A DNA stretch of 64,000 bases from an uncultured Acetobacteraceae bacterium (GCA_946476985.1 CAMKWS010000002.1:121958-185957); one strand, 5' to 3'; numbered from the stretch's first letter, positions 19,586 through 29,495 are shown. Numbers and translations are program-made. Notes: generated by a model from the sequence alone, not told the origin.

Positions 19586-20328
19586 TGCCTGACACACTTT
19601 ATAACGGCCAAGGTCTAGCCGCACACGGCATTGGTAAAAGCTATAAAAAACGTACAGTTGTTAAAAATGTTTCCCTCCATGTTCAGCGCGGGGAAGCTGT
19701 TGGCCTCCTCGGCCCGAATGGTGCGGGGAAAACCACCAGCTTTTATATGATTGTTGGTCTTGTGCAGACAGATACCGGTAATATCACACTAGATGGTGCC
19801 GATATTACCCCACTCCCAATGTATCGTCGGGCACGGCTCGGTGTAGGATACCTCCCACAAGAAGCCAGTATTTTCCGTGGGCTCAATGTAGAGCAAAATA
19901 TCATGGCAGCTCTAGAAGTTGTCGAGCCAGACCGCGACCGCCGTTATGATATGCTAGAGGGATTATTAGCTGAGTTTGGCATCACCCGTCTCCGCCACTC
20001 CCCCGCTCTTGCCCTCTCGGGCGGTGAACGCCGCCGTCTTGAAATTGCGCGCGCCCTTGCTAGTCAGCCTAACTATATTCTGCTTGATGAACCCCTTGCT
20101 GGGATTGACCCTATTGCCGTCAGTGAAATTCGCGATCTTGTCTCCCATCTCAAAGACCGCGGCATTGGCGTCCTCATCACCGATCACAATGTACGTGAAA
20201 CATTAGAGGTCATTGACCGGGCTTATATCCTTCACGGCGGGCAAGTCCTTATGGAAGGCACACCAGAAGCCATTGTTGCGCATGAAGATGTACGCCGTGT
20301 TTACCTTGGCAAAAACTTTTCTCTTTAA
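19585..20328 (+). CDS. lptB: LPS export ABC transporter ATP-binding protein
   Basis: 247 aa with Walker A GPNGAGKTT, signature LSGGERRR and Walker B ILLDEP. Confidence 0.95.
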   Translation: MPDTLYNGQGLAAHGIGKSYKKRTVVKNVSLHVQRGEAVGLLGPNGAGKTTSFYMIVGLVQTDTGNITLDGADITPLPMYRRARLGVGYLPQEASIFRGLNVEQNIMAALEVVEPDRDRRYDMLEGLLAEFGITRLRHSPALALSGGERRRLEIARALASQPNYILLDEPLAGIDPIAVSEIRDLVSHLKDRGIGVLITDHNVRETLEVIDRAYILHGGQVLMEGTPEAIVAHEDVRRVYLGKNFSL

Positions 20329-20357
20329 AATCGATCTCAATAAAGAAAACTTCCACT

Positions 20358-20388
20358 AAAAAAGAGGCCTGAGATAGGCCTCTTTTTT
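20358..20388. terminator. bidirectional intrinsic terminator (lptB / DUF1150 convergent)
   Basis: aaaaaa-gaggcct-gagat-aggcctc-tttttt. Confidence 0.85.
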
Positions 20389-20414
20389 ATTAGCATAACC
20401 TAGCGTTACGCCCT

Positions 20415-20648
20415 TTATTGCAAAAATGCAGGGATCATTTCTTGCTCCAGAATGACTTCCACTGCGCTAGCTTCATCTTCAGCTACAGCCATCGGCGTCC
20501 CATCGGCGGCGTGGATCGCAATCAGCGCAACGCCATCATGCGTGATTGTTCGTAAATAGGCGATCTTCGAAAGCCCCCATTCACGCAGCTCTTGGCCAGT
20601 CATCGCACGGGCTTGGGCATCAATATCCACAATATTTACCTTCGCCAT
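20415..20648 (-). CDS. DUF1150 family protein
   Basis: 77 aa from ATG 20648 (MAKVNIVDID...). IAYLR and IHAADGTP resemble the DUF1150 pattern as I remember it. It lies 13 nt downstream of an Hsp20 gene, the usual context. Confidence 0.65.
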   Translation of the reverse strand: MAKVNIVDIDAQARAMTGQELREWGLSKIAYLRTITHDGVALIAIHAADGTPMAVAEDEASAVEVILEQEMIPAFLQ

Positions 20649-20661
20649 TAAAAGATTAGTC

Positions 20662-21171
20662 TCACCCGAAATGATCACCCTCCTCCACAACCGGAGAAAG
20701 ATCTCGTGCAGGCTCAACATCCCGCAGCGTCTCTTCAGATGTCCTTGCGGGTGCTGTAGCCCCTCCTTGCCGAATAGCGATGCGCCTCACACGCACTTCA
20801 GGTTCCGGGCGATGAAGGTCTATATGCAACAAGCCATTATCCAGCCAAGCTCCACCAATCTCTATCCCCTCAGCCAAAACGAAGGCTTTATGAAACTGGC
20901 GCGCAGCAATCCCACGATGCAAAAAGACACGTCCCTGCGTATCGTCAGACTGCCTTCCGCGAATCACAAGTTGGTTATCTTCTTGCGTTATCTGCAAGTC
21001 ATCCATAACAAAACCAGCAACTGCTAACGTAATACGCAATGCCGTACGACTTAGCTGCTCAATGTTATAAGGTGGATACCCATCCGCTGCTGATTTTGAA
21101 GCTCGTTCAAGCATTTGTTCCAGATGATCAAACCCCAAAAACATAGGGGATGTAAAAAGACGATTAGACAC
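20662..21171 (-). CDS. Hsp20/alpha-crystallin family small heat-shock protein (IbpA-like)
   Basis: 169 aa with YPPYNIE and an alpha-crystallin domain ending AWLDNGLLHIDL. GTG start preceded by GAGGAGG. Confidence 0.9.
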   Translation of the reverse strand: MSNRLFTSPMFLGFDHLEQMLERASKSAADGYPPYNIEQLSRTALRITLAVAGFVMDDLQITQEDNQLVIRGRQSDDTQGRVFLHRGIAARQFHKAFVLAEGIEIGGAWLDNGLLHIDLHRPEPEVRVRRIAIRQGGATAPARTSEETLRDVEPARDLSPVVEEGDHFG

Positions 21172-21248
21172 GTTTAAAACGCCTCCTCAAGGAGCGAGAC
21201 AATAAACGAAGCAGGCAACCCTCTCTAGGCATTGCCCCTTCACAACAA

Positions 21249-21277
21249 ATATGAGTTTTCTACCGCCATGTTACAAG
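21249..21277 (-). promoter_or_regulatory. candidate RpoH (sigma-32)-type promoter for hsp20-DUF1150
   Basis: The minus strand reads CTTGTAA-N14-ACTCATAT, compared with the sigma-32 consensus CTTGAAA-N13-15-CCCCATnT. It lies about 80 nt upstream of the hsp20 start. Match by eye only. Confidence 0.35.
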
Positions 21278-21333
21278 AGTATATCGCACATAACAGGCTG
21301 GAATTCATACGAAGCAAAGGCTAACATACTCTT

Positions 21334-21885
21334 ATGAGCAGTTTAGATTTCCTTGATAGACTTGATGATATCAAACCAACATCAATTCTTGTTGCACCGC
21401 AGCCCGTATTGAGCCAAGTGGCTCGTGCCGTAAAGCCAGAAGATATGACCGCACTTCGTGAGGCCCTCCCTGGCATGTTCTCCGCTATGTATAAAGCGCC
21501 CGGTATCGGTCTTGCGGCACCTCAAGTCGGCATTAGTCAGCGTTTTGTCCTCGTTGATGTCGCCGATGAGGGGGCAGCACGTAATCCTATGGTTCTTATT
21601 AACCCTGAGATTATCGAATCCACAGAGACACTCGCTGCACGTGAAGAAGGCTGTCTCTCTCTGCCCAACCAATATGCAGAAGTGATCCGTCCAGAATCCA
21701 TCCGTGTTCGTTATCGCAATCTAGCTGGTGAAACTATTGAGCAAGATGCATCTGGCTTGCTAGCAACATGTATCCAGCATGAGATTGACCATCTCGATGG
21801 CATCTTGTTCGTTGACCATCTTTCTTCCCTAAAACGCAACATGGTCATGCGCCGCCTCGCTAAAGAACAAAAGCGGAAACGATAA
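21334..21885 (+). CDS. def: peptide deformylase
   Basis: Motifs GIGLAAPQ, EGCLSLP and QHEIDHLDG. Confidence 0.95.
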   Translation: MSSLDFLDRLDDIKPTSILVAPQPVLSQVARAVKPEDMTALREALPGMFSAMYKAPGIGLAAPQVGISQRFVLVDVADEGAARNPMVLINPEIIESTETLAAREEGCLSLPNQYAEVIRPESIRVRYRNLAGETIEQDASGLLATCIQHEIDHLDGILFVDHLSSLKRNMVMRRLAKEQKRKR

Positions 21886-21889
21886 CCTC

Positions 21890-22825
21890 ATGCGCCTCAT
21901 TTTTATGGGTTCGCCGGATTTTGCCGTGCCAGCCCTTCATGCCCTCATTAATGCAGGGCATGAAGTTGTTGCCGTCTATACTCAGCCACCTCGCCCAGCG
22001 GGACGAGGAAAAACCCTCCGCCGACAGCCAGTTCATGAGGCTGCAGATAAACTCTCCATCCCTGTTCGCACCCCCATATATCTGCGAAACAATGAAGAAG
22101 AACTGGCCTTTTTCCAGAATCTGAAAGCAGATGCTGCCATTGTAGCAGCCTACGGCCTCCTTCTCCCAGAAGCGGTCTTAAATGCGCCCAAACTGGGCTG
22201 CTTAAACATCCATGCAAGCCTACTTCCCCGCTGGCGCGGAGCCTCACCTATCCAATCTGCCATACGCGCAGGTGATAGAGAAACCGGTGTCTGCATTATG
22301 CAGATGGATAAGGGCTTAGACACAGGGGCTGTCCTCCTACGTGGCGCAACAGCTATTACCCAAAATGATACAGCAAATAGTCTACACGACCGACTTGCAA
22401 CTCTGGGCGCAGAGCTGATTGTTCGTGCCCTGGTTGAACGGCCTACCGCCATACCACAGGATGATAGTAAGAGCTGCTATGCTCCTAAACTTGAGCGCAC
22501 AGACGGCCGCATTGACTGGAGCCGCTCCGCCCAAGAGATTGACCAACAAATACGTGCTTTCACTCCATGGCCAGGTAATTTTACCCTCATAGGTGAGGAT
22601 ACATACCGCATTGGGGCGGTGACTATTCTTCCTGCAGCAGACATCCCTGCTCCCCATGGGGATACAGCCCATCACCCCGGTACTATATTGGATGATCAAC
22701 TCAGCATTGCTTGCGGCTCTGGCTGGGTACGTATTGAAAAAATTCAAAAACCCGGCCGTGCCATGATGGATGCCGCCGCCTTCCTCCGTGGCGCACATAT
22801 TGAGAAAGGAACACGCCTTGGGTGA
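21890..22825 (+). CDS. fmt: methionyl-tRNA formyltransferase
   Basis: 311 aa with FMGSPDFAVP, NIHASLLPRWRGASPI, and a position downstream of def. Confidence 0.95.
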   Translation: MRLIFMGSPDFAVPALHALINAGHEVVAVYTQPPRPAGRGKTLRRQPVHEAADKLSIPVRTPIYLRNNEEELAFFQNLKADAAIVAAYGLLLPEAVLNAPKLGCLNIHASLLPRWRGASPIQSAIRAGDRETGVCIMQMDKGLDTGAVLLRGATAITQNDTANSLHDRLATLGAELIVRALVERPTAIPQDDSKSCYAPKLERTDGRIDWSRSAQEIDQQIRAFTPWPGNFTLIGEDTYRIGAVTILPAADIPAPHGDTAHHPGTILDDQLSIACGSGWVRIEKIQKPGRAMMDAAAFLRGAHIEKGTRLG

Positions 22826-23615
22826 CGCTGCCCCGCCCGGTATCAGCCGTTGGGCGATCCGTATTGAATTTAACGGCCGCGATTACGTTGGCTGGCAACG
22901 CCAGAAAAGTGGTATTGCCGTACAACAGCTTATTGAAGAGGCCGCCCTGTGCCTTACCGCAGGCCGTCCAGTAAGCAGTGTCACCGCAGGCCGAACAGAT
23001 TCTGGTGTTCATGCTGCGGGGCTTGTGGCGCATCTCGACTTCCCAGACGATGCCCCTCTCTCACGCAAGGCTGTTCGAGATGCTATTAATTACCATCTCA
23101 AGCCCCACCCTATTTGTATTTTAGAAGCGGCTCCCGCTCCTGAAGGCTGGAATGCACGTTTCTCCGCTACATGGCGGCGATATCGTTATACGATTCTCAA
23201 TCGTTATTCTCGTCCCGCCTTGCAAGACGGTTTCGTATGGCATTTACGGGCGCCGCTGGATATCGCAGCAATGCAACAAGCTGCCAACTACCTCATTGGC
23301 TCACATGACTTCTCATCCTTTCGAGCTGCAGCCTGCCAGGCGAGAGACGCCCTGCGCACCTTAGATGAGCTTTCCATCTCCAAAGAAGGCGACCTCGTGC
23401 ATATTGATACACAGGCACGATCTTTCTTACATCACCAAGTGCGCAACATGGTCGGAACCCTGGCCCTTGTCGGCCACCACCAATGGACAGCTGAGCAGGT
23501 ACGTGATGCCCTTGAAGCAAAAAACCGCAGTAAAGCCGGCCCCACTGCCCCTGCAGACGGTTTATGTTTAATGGATGTCGGCTACCCCGATAACCCCTTT
23601 CACAGGCCTGCGTAA
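22770..23615 (+). CDS. truA: tRNA pseudouridine(38-40) synthase
   Basis: Motifs IEFNGRDYVGWQRQ and GRTDSGVHA (catalytic Asp). The start is uncertain: ATG 22770 overlaps fmt by 56 nt, and in-frame TTG 22818 is an alternative. Confidence 0.9.
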   Translation: MPPPSSVAHILRKEHALGDAAPPGISRWAIRIEFNGRDYVGWQRQKSGIAVQQLIEEAALCLTAGRPVSSVTAGRTDSGVHAAGLVAHLDFPDDAPLSRKAVRDAINYHLKPHPICILEAAPAPEGWNARFSATWRRYRYTILNRYSRPALQDGFVWHLRAPLDIAAMQQAANYLIGSHDFSSFRAAACQARDALRTLDELSISKEGDLVHIDTQARSFLHHQVRNMVGTLALVGHHQWTAEQVRDALEAKNRSKAGPTAPADGLCLMDVGYPDNPFHRPA

Positions 23616-23642
23616 CCTAAATTTTATGAACTTACGTAATGT

Positions 23643-23666
23643 ATGAGAGAAATAATTTTCTCTCAT
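23643..23666 (+). terminator. hairpin downstream of truA (weak terminator candidate)
   Basis: Perfect 10-bp stem atgagagaaa / tttctctcat with loop taat, AU-rich, and no clear U tract after it. Confidence 0.3.
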
Positions 23667-23756
23667 CACTAAAACATGGAGCCTTATTCTAACGACAACC
23701 AAAGAAAAACATCCTAGATTACATAAAAGGCGATTAATACTTCGTGGGGTGTTCCA

Positions 23757-25214
23757 TTGCGTGAGACCATTCATTCTGGCCGCATCACTGTTCTAGGTGA
23801 CCTACTTCTAGATCAATATATTACGGGAAATGTAAATCGCATTTCTCCAGAAGCCCCCGTACCTGTTTTGCTCCGTACCCATCAGACTTGCCAAGCTGGT
23901 GGAGCTGCCAATGTAGCTGTAAACGCAGCGGCTCTTGGCGCGCAGGTCCAACTAGTTGGTGTTGTGGGGGTAGATGAAGCAGCACACAAGCTCCGTTCAG
24001 CTTTATCCCACTGGCCTAACATCCATCTCTCTGGCTTCATAGAAGACCCAAACTGGCTGACAATTACCAAGACACGTATCACAAGTGGCCGCCAACAAAT
24101 TGTCCGCTTAGATGAAGAGGTCCTCACTCCTCTTTCTACTCAAATAGAACAAGCCCTCATTGCCGCGACATTACAGGCGTTAAAAGATAGCGATATCCTC
24201 ATCTGCTCAGACTATGCAAAAGGTGTGCTATCGGACGCCGTTCTAAAAGCGGTCATTACTGCGGCAAAAGAGCGAAACATTCCTGTTCTTATTGACCCTA
24301 AACGCTCAGACCTTTCGGCCTATACGGGAGCAGATTTAATCACGCCTAATCGCAATGAATTAATCGCTGCAACGCAAACTTCATCTCCTTTGCTTACTGA
24401 TGATGAGGCCCAAGCCGCCTGCGCTATTGCTGCTCATCAATTCGGAGGCGATGTTTTGCTTACACGATCAGAAAAAGGAATGACACTTTGGCGGCAGTCA
24501 GGTGAGGTTCTCCATTGCCAAGCCCGCCCCTCTGAGGTGTATGACGTCTCTGGTGCGGGAGATACTGTCATCGCAACCATCGCCTGTGCATTATCCTCCG
24601 GGCGTTCACTGGCTAGCGCAGTTACAATGGCCACAACAGCAGCGGCTATTTCGGTCAGCAAGTTAGGCACAGCCTTTGTTACACAAGAAGAGCTTCATCA
24701 AAAACTTCTTGAAGAGATCCCCAATAACGGCGCCTGTGTTTCGCTGAGAGAAGCCAGCACTATTATACAAAACTGGAAACGCCACGGCGCATCCGTTGTC
24801 TTTACAAATGGATGTTTTGATCTCCTCCATCCCGGCCATGTGTCTCTAGTTCAATTTGCGGCGCAGCAGGGAGATAAACTCATCCTCGCTTTAAATAGCG
24901 ATGCTTCTGTAAAACGACTAAAAGGCCCGACCCGCCCTGTACAAGATGAACAATCTCGCGCGACTGTTATCAAAGCACTACGCCATGTTGATCTCGTTGT
25001 ACTATTTGATGAAGATACCCCACTAGAAACGATCCAAACCCTGCGACCTGATGTTCTTGTAAAAGGTGCTGACTATAAAGAAGATGAAGTTGTCGGAGGC
25101 GATTTTGTAAAAAGCTATGGTGGGCGTGTGCGCCTTGCTCCCCTTCGACAAGGGCATTCCACAACACGTATCGTGAAAGAAATCACCACTCCATCAGAAG
25201 AGACATCCTTATGA
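23757..25214 (+). CDS. hldE: bifunctional D-glycero-beta-D-manno-heptose-7-phosphate kinase / heptose-1-phosphate adenylyltransferase
   Basis: 485 aa with an N-terminal PfkB-type kinase (GGAANVA, DVSGAGDT) and a C-terminal cytidylyltransferase (FTNGCFDLLHPGH). TTG start. Confidence 0.9.
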   Translation: MRETIHSGRITVLGDLLLDQYITGNVNRISPEAPVPVLLRTHQTCQAGGAANVAVNAAALGAQVQLVGVVGVDEAAHKLRSALSHWPNIHLSGFIEDPNWLTITKTRITSGRQQIVRLDEEVLTPLSTQIEQALIAATLQALKDSDILICSDYAKGVLSDAVLKAVITAAKERNIPVLIDPKRSDLSAYTGADLITPNRNELIAATQTSSPLLTDDEAQAACAIAAHQFGGDVLLTRSEKGMTLWRQSGEVLHCQARPSEVYDVSGAGDTVIATIACALSSGRSLASAVTMATTAAAISVSKLGTAFVTQEELHQKLLEEIPNNGACVSLREASTIIQNWKRHGASVVFTNGCFDLLHPGHVSLVQFAAQQGDKLILALNSDASVKRLKGPTRPVQDEQSRATVIKALRHVDLVVLFDEDTPLETIQTLRPDVLVKGADYKEDEVVGGDFVKSYGGRVRLAPLRQGHSTTRIVKEITTPSEETSL

Positions 25215-26341
25215 CAACCGTATCAACGTGGCATAACTGGCTTGTCTCTCACGCCCTACCTCTCTGGTCTCATGCAGGCTTCCATAACACTGATGGCCTC
25301 TATCATGAGCGTCTTACCTTTGACGCAACCCCCATCACCGTGCCGCATCGTCGCCTTATGGTGCAAGCACGCCAAGTTGCTACCTTCTGCCAAGCCGAGC
25401 TTGATGGGCTCTTTCCCGGTGGAGCGCAAGCACTCGCCACGATGGAGCGACTTATCAAACTATACTATAAGGCAGATGGCCAAGCTGGTTGGGTTTTTGC
25501 TCTAGGGCCAGACCTCACCCCGTCAGATACAAAACGCGATCTTTACGGTCATGCCTTTATTCTTTTCGCACTAAGCTGGGCTTATAAACTCTCCAAGAAT
25601 CCTCAGCTTCTTCATATCGCACGGCAAAGCTTGCAGGAAATCACTGATATATTTTCCGCAGAGCATGGTGGCTTTAAAGATAGTGTTCCCAGCACAGAAA
25701 CACGCTCCCAAAACCCTCATATGCACCTCTTAGAAGCCTGCCTCACACTTTTTGAAACCTCACAAGAGGAGCTTTTCCTCACTCAGGCAGAGGCGCTTAT
25801 CGCTCTAGCGACATCTCACTTTATTCAGGCAGATACATCCTGCCTACTCGAGTTTTTCACCTCTACATGGCAGCCTAAGGAAACTATCGGGCATAATCAG
25901 GTCGAACCCGGCCACCAAGCAGAATGGTGCTGGCTCTTAGGGGAATATTGTCGCCTCGCCCCCAAAGGGCGCTATGTTGAACAAGCACAATCTGCTCTCA
26001 CCATGCTTTACCGACAACTCACCCGCAATGTCCCTGATATTTCGCTACCTAACGCCCTAAATGATTCAGGCACGTTACTCGATGGCGGAACCCGCATCTG
26101 GCCACAAACAGAGATGATGCGCCTTTTGGCACAACATGCTCCTGCCCCATGGGCAGAACGCCATGCGAAACTAACCGCAATGAGTAATCTCTTTTTCACG
26201 CACTATGCCCCCGCCTCTCTCAATGGCGGGTGGTTTGACCGACTAGATGAACATAATACCCTTGCAACAGACCATATGCCTGCCAGTACGCTCTACCATA
26301 TTTATGGTACAGGACGCACCATTCTCGCAGCCTCTGCCTAA
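25211..26341 (+). CDS. AGE (N-acylglucosamine 2-epimerase) family epimerase/isomerase
   Basis: 376 aa, alpha/alpha-toroid type, with motifs RLMVQARQV, NPHMHLLEA, GHQAEWCWLL and WPQTE. ATGA overlap with the hldE stop. Confidence 0.75.
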   Translation: MTTVSTWHNWLVSHALPLWSHAGFHNTDGLYHERLTFDATPITVPHRRLMVQARQVATFCQAELDGLFPGGAQALATMERLIKLYYKADGQAGWVFALGPDLTPSDTKRDLYGHAFILFALSWAYKLSKNPQLLHIARQSLQEITDIFSAEHGGFKDSVPSTETRSQNPHMHLLEACLTLFETSQEELFLTQAEALIALATSHFIQADTSCLLEFFTSTWQPKETIGHNQVEPGHQAEWCWLLGEYCRLAPKGRYVEQAQSALTMLYRQLTRNVPDISLPNALNDSGTLLDGGTRIWPQTEMMRLLAQHAPAPWAERHAKLTAMSNLFFTHYAPASLNGGWFDRLDEHNTLATDHMPASTLYHIYGTGRTILAASA

Positions 26342-26398
26342 CTCCCCAGCAAGGCTAATATATACCCCCTATGACGAGGGCTCCCTATAAAACGCACT

Positions 26399-26432
26399 AA
26401 AAAAGCCCGCACAGTTTTCTGCCACGGGCTTT
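26399..26432. terminator. bidirectional terminator candidate (AGE gene / dapE convergent)
   Basis: aaaaaa-gcccg...cgggc-ttt, with stem agcccg (26404..26409) / cgggct (26425..26430). Confidence 0.5.
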
Positions 26433-26459
26433 ATCAGGCTCATATTCACTACTGCAGCA

Positions 26460-27605
26460 CTACACGCCAAAACGCTTCATAAATGCCAGATAAACCTGAG
26501 TTAAATCCTCAACAGATTGCGTAGTGACGTGCTCATCGCGCTTATGGATGGTCGCCCCGACCAGGCCAAACTCGGCAACCGGACAACAATGTGTAATAAA
26601 CCGCGCGTCCGAGGTGCCTCCGCCTGTATCTAGCTTTGGCTTACGTCCTGTCACCACTTCCACCGCCTGAGAGAGACGCTCAACATCTTCTCCCGGTTGG
26701 GTCAGGAAGGACTCCCCACTAATGGCAATATCCAATGTTGCATCTGGTGCATGACGCTTAACAACGTCGGTCATCCACTCACTCAAACTTTTGCCTGTAT
26801 GGAGGTCATTAAAACGAATATTTACACGCCCCTGCGCCGTAGCAGGGATAACATTCGTTGCTTTATTGCCCACATCTATACTCGTCACCTGCAGGGAGGA
26901 TGGCGCAAACCACTCGCTACCTTCATCTAAATGACGAGCCGTTAATTCCGCTAAAATAGAAATCAAACGATGATTAGGGTTATCTGCAAGGTGAGGATAA
27001 GCCACATGCCCTTGCACCCCATTAACGGTGATGACTGCATTCATGCTGCCACGCCGGCCAATCTTAATCACCTCCCCCATTGTCTCAGGGTTGGTAGGCT
27101 CACCTAATAAGCAAAAATCCGGCTTTTCACCTTGCTCGGCCATCCATTCAAGAACGGAACGTGTCCCAAAGCGTGCAGGGCCTTCTTCATCCCCTGTTAT
27201 AAGGAAGGAAAGGCTCCCCTCTAACGGCCCTTCTTCAAGCCGCCGTGCCACAGCTGCAATAGCTGCCGCAACACCGCCTTTCATATCAGCAGTGCCGCGC
27301 CCATACATAACCCCGTCCACAATTTTTGCTTCAAAAGGCGGGTACGTCCAGCCCTCACCAGGAGGAACAACATCTGTATGTCCTGCAAGGCACAAGCACG
27401 GGCCTTGCGTACCTAATCGCGCATAGAGATTAGGCGTTTCCTCGCCTTTAGGGCCAAAGGCGAGGCGCGTCACCACAAAGCCCATCCCCTCCAAAGCCTG
27501 CGCCACGATATCTAGCGCACCTTCATCCGCCGGGGTAACGGAAGGACAACGCACAAGATCTTGCAGCAGAGAAATAGGGTCTGTCGGAAGGGATGGATGT
27601 GTCAT
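26460..27605 (-). CDS. dapE: succinyl-diaminopimelate desuccinylase
   Basis: 381 aa M20 peptidase with LLQDLVRCPSVTP, AGHTDVVP and GRGTADMKG. Confidence 0.9.
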   Translation of the reverse strand: MTHPSLPTDPISLLQDLVRCPSVTPADEGALDIVAQALEGMGFVVTRLAFGPKGEETPNLYARLGTQGPCLCLAGHTDVVPPGEGWTYPPFEAKIVDGVMYGRGTADMKGGVAAAIAAVARRLEEGPLEGSLSFLITGDEEGPARFGTRSVLEWMAEQGEKPDFCLLGEPTNPETMGEVIKIGRRGSMNAVITVNGVQGHVAYPHLADNPNHRLISILAELTARHLDEGSEWFAPSSLQVTSIDVGNKATNVIPATAQGRVNIRFNDLHTGKSLSEWMTDVVKRHAPDATLDIAISGESFLTQPGEDVERLSQAVEVVTGRKPKLDTGGGTSDARFITHCCPVAEFGLVGATIHKRDEHVTTQSVEDLTQVYLAFMKRFGV

Positions 27606-27611
27606 GGTTAC

Positions 27612-28442
27612 TTAGTCGCGCAGCAGTTCATTGATGGATGTTTTAGAACGTGTACGCTCATCAACACGCTTTACAATCACTGCACACGCTAGAGCAGGCC
27701 CACCTGGTGTCTTTGGTGGTAATGTGCCCGGCACAACCACAGAATAAGCTGGCACACGGCCCATATGAATCTCACCAGTGGTGCGATCCACAATCTTTGT
27801 AGACGCCCCAAGGAAAACACCCATAGAGAGGACAGCCCCCTCTTCCACCACAACACCTTCTGCTACCTCAGAACGTGCCCCGATGAAGCAGTTATCACCA
27901 ATAATAACAGGAGCAGCCTGCAGAGGCTCCAACACACCGCCGATACCAGCACCACCGCTAATGTGACAGTTCTTGCCAATCTGCGCACAAGAGCCAACTG
28001 TTGCCCATGTATCAATCATTGTGCCGCTCTCAACGCGGGCACCTAGATTCACAAAGCTCGGCATCAACACAACGCCTGGTGCAATATAAGCAGAGCGACG
28101 CACAACAGCACCTGGCACAGCACGGAACCCTGCTTTTGCAAAGCGTTCTTTATCCCACCCTGCAAATTTTAGAGGCACTTTATCAAAACCTGGAGCCCCA
28201 CCACAGCCATTTGCCATTGGCTCAGAATCATAAAGACGGAAGGACATCAGAACAGCTTTTTTCAGCCATTCATGCACCACGCGTCCTTCTGATGTATTCT
28301 CAGCCACGCGGAAGGTACCATCATCCAACCCACTCAGAGCCGCTTCAACCGTCTCACGGGCAGCGCCCTGTGTCTGTGGGGAGAGGCTATCACGGTCTTC
28401 CCAAAGTGCTTCAACCTGTTTGCGAAGATCTGCGTAATCCAT
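27612..28442 (-). CDS. dapD: 2,3,4,5-tetrahydropyridine-2,6-dicarboxylate N-succinyltransferase
   Basis: Hexapeptide-repeat transferase with a DapD-type N-terminal domain. Start chosen at ATG 28442 ([18 protein letters not shown]); the track ORF extends to 28472. Confidence 0.9.
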   Translation of the reverse strand: MDYADLRKQVEALWEDRDSLSPQTQGAARETVEAALSGLDDGTFRVAENTSEGRVVHEWLKKAVLMSFRLYDSEPMANGCGGAPGFDKVPLKFAGWDKERFAKAGFRAVPGAVVRRSAYIAPGVVLMPSFVNLGARVESGTMIDTWATVGSCAQIGKNCHISGGAGIGGVLEPLQAAPVIIGDNCFIGARSEVAEGVVVEEGAVLSMGVFLGASTKIVDRTTGEIHMGRVPAYSVVVPGTLPPKTPGGPALACAVIVKRVDERTRSKTSINELLRD

Positions 28443-28535
28443 AACAAATGATCCCGTTCTTTTTATCATCACTCAAAGAAAAACGAACACCCATACCCCA
28501 TTATAAATAAGAGCATGTTCGCTTTCTTCACCTCA

Positions 28536-29480
28536 TCAATTTGCCTTAATTAGCGTTCCCGGCCCAGCCCGTGTGAAAAGCTCCAACAGGCATGTATGAG
28601 GAACACGGCCATCCAAAATCACAGCAGCTTTTGCCCCTGCTTGTACGGCCTTTAGGCATGTCTCTACCTTGGGTATCATCCCACCGGTAATCAAACCTTC
28701 CCGAATACGGCGGCGTGCTTCTTCTGCTGTGAGCTCTTCAATACGCTCACCATTTTCATCCAACACACCTGGTACATCTGTTAACATGAGCAAGCGAGAA
28801 GCTTTCACAGCTCCTGCCACAGCACCCGCAGCCGTATCAGCATTGATGTTATAAATCTCACCCTGCTCACCCGCACCCACCGGTGCCACAACAGGGATAA
28901 GCCCAGCACCAAGAAGCGCATATAAAACCCGTGGGTCAATCCGCTCTGGTGTGCCAACATAGCCTAGGTCAACCGCCTCGGATTCATCACCATCCTTCCG
29001 GCGGTAATGCACAAGACGTTTCGCTTGTATCAAACGTCCATCGCGCCCAGAAATCCCTACAGCCAGCGCTCCAGCGTGGCTAATAAGGTCTGCAACCTGC
29101 TTATTTACCGTACCAGAAAGCACCATCTCAATTACATCGATCATCGCGCGATCTGTAATCCGCAACCCATCCACAAACTGAGATTCAATATTCAGCTTCG
29201 TAAGCATCTTATTGATCTGCGGGCCACCACCATGCACCACGATAGGATTCACCCCTACGAGCTTAAGCAGTGCAATATCCCTACCAAATGTTGCGGCAAG
29301 ATTGTTTTCAGCCATCGCATGGCCACCATACTTTACAACAATGGTATCACCCGCATAACGGCGCAGATAAGGCAAAGCCCCTGCAAGAACTTCAGCCTGT
29401 TGCTGCTCGTTTAACGCACTCGCCGCCAGAAGCTCCTCTGGCCGAGGGGAAGAAGAATCAGAAGAGGACATATCATTCAC
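28536..29480 (-). CDS. argB: acetylglutamate kinase
   Basis: 314 aa with VVKYGGHAM, VHGGGPQI and NINADTAAG. Confidence 0.95.
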   Translation of the reverse strand: MNDMSSSDSSSPRPEELLAASALNEQQQAEVLAGALPYLRRYAGDTIVVKYGGHAMAENNLAATFGRDIALLKLVGVNPIVVHGGGPQINKMLTKLNIESQFVDGLRITDRAMIDVIEMVLSGTVNKQVADLISHAGALAVGISGRDGRLIQAKRLVHYRRKDGDESEAVDLGYVGTPERIDPRVLYALLGAGLIPVVAPVGAGEQGEIYNINADTAAGAVAGAVKASRLLMLTDVPGVLDENGERIEELTAEEARRRIREGLITGGMIPKVETCLKAVQAGAKAAVILDGRVPHTCLLELFTRAGPGTLIKAN

Positions 29481-29495
29481 TCTCAGAATAATGCT

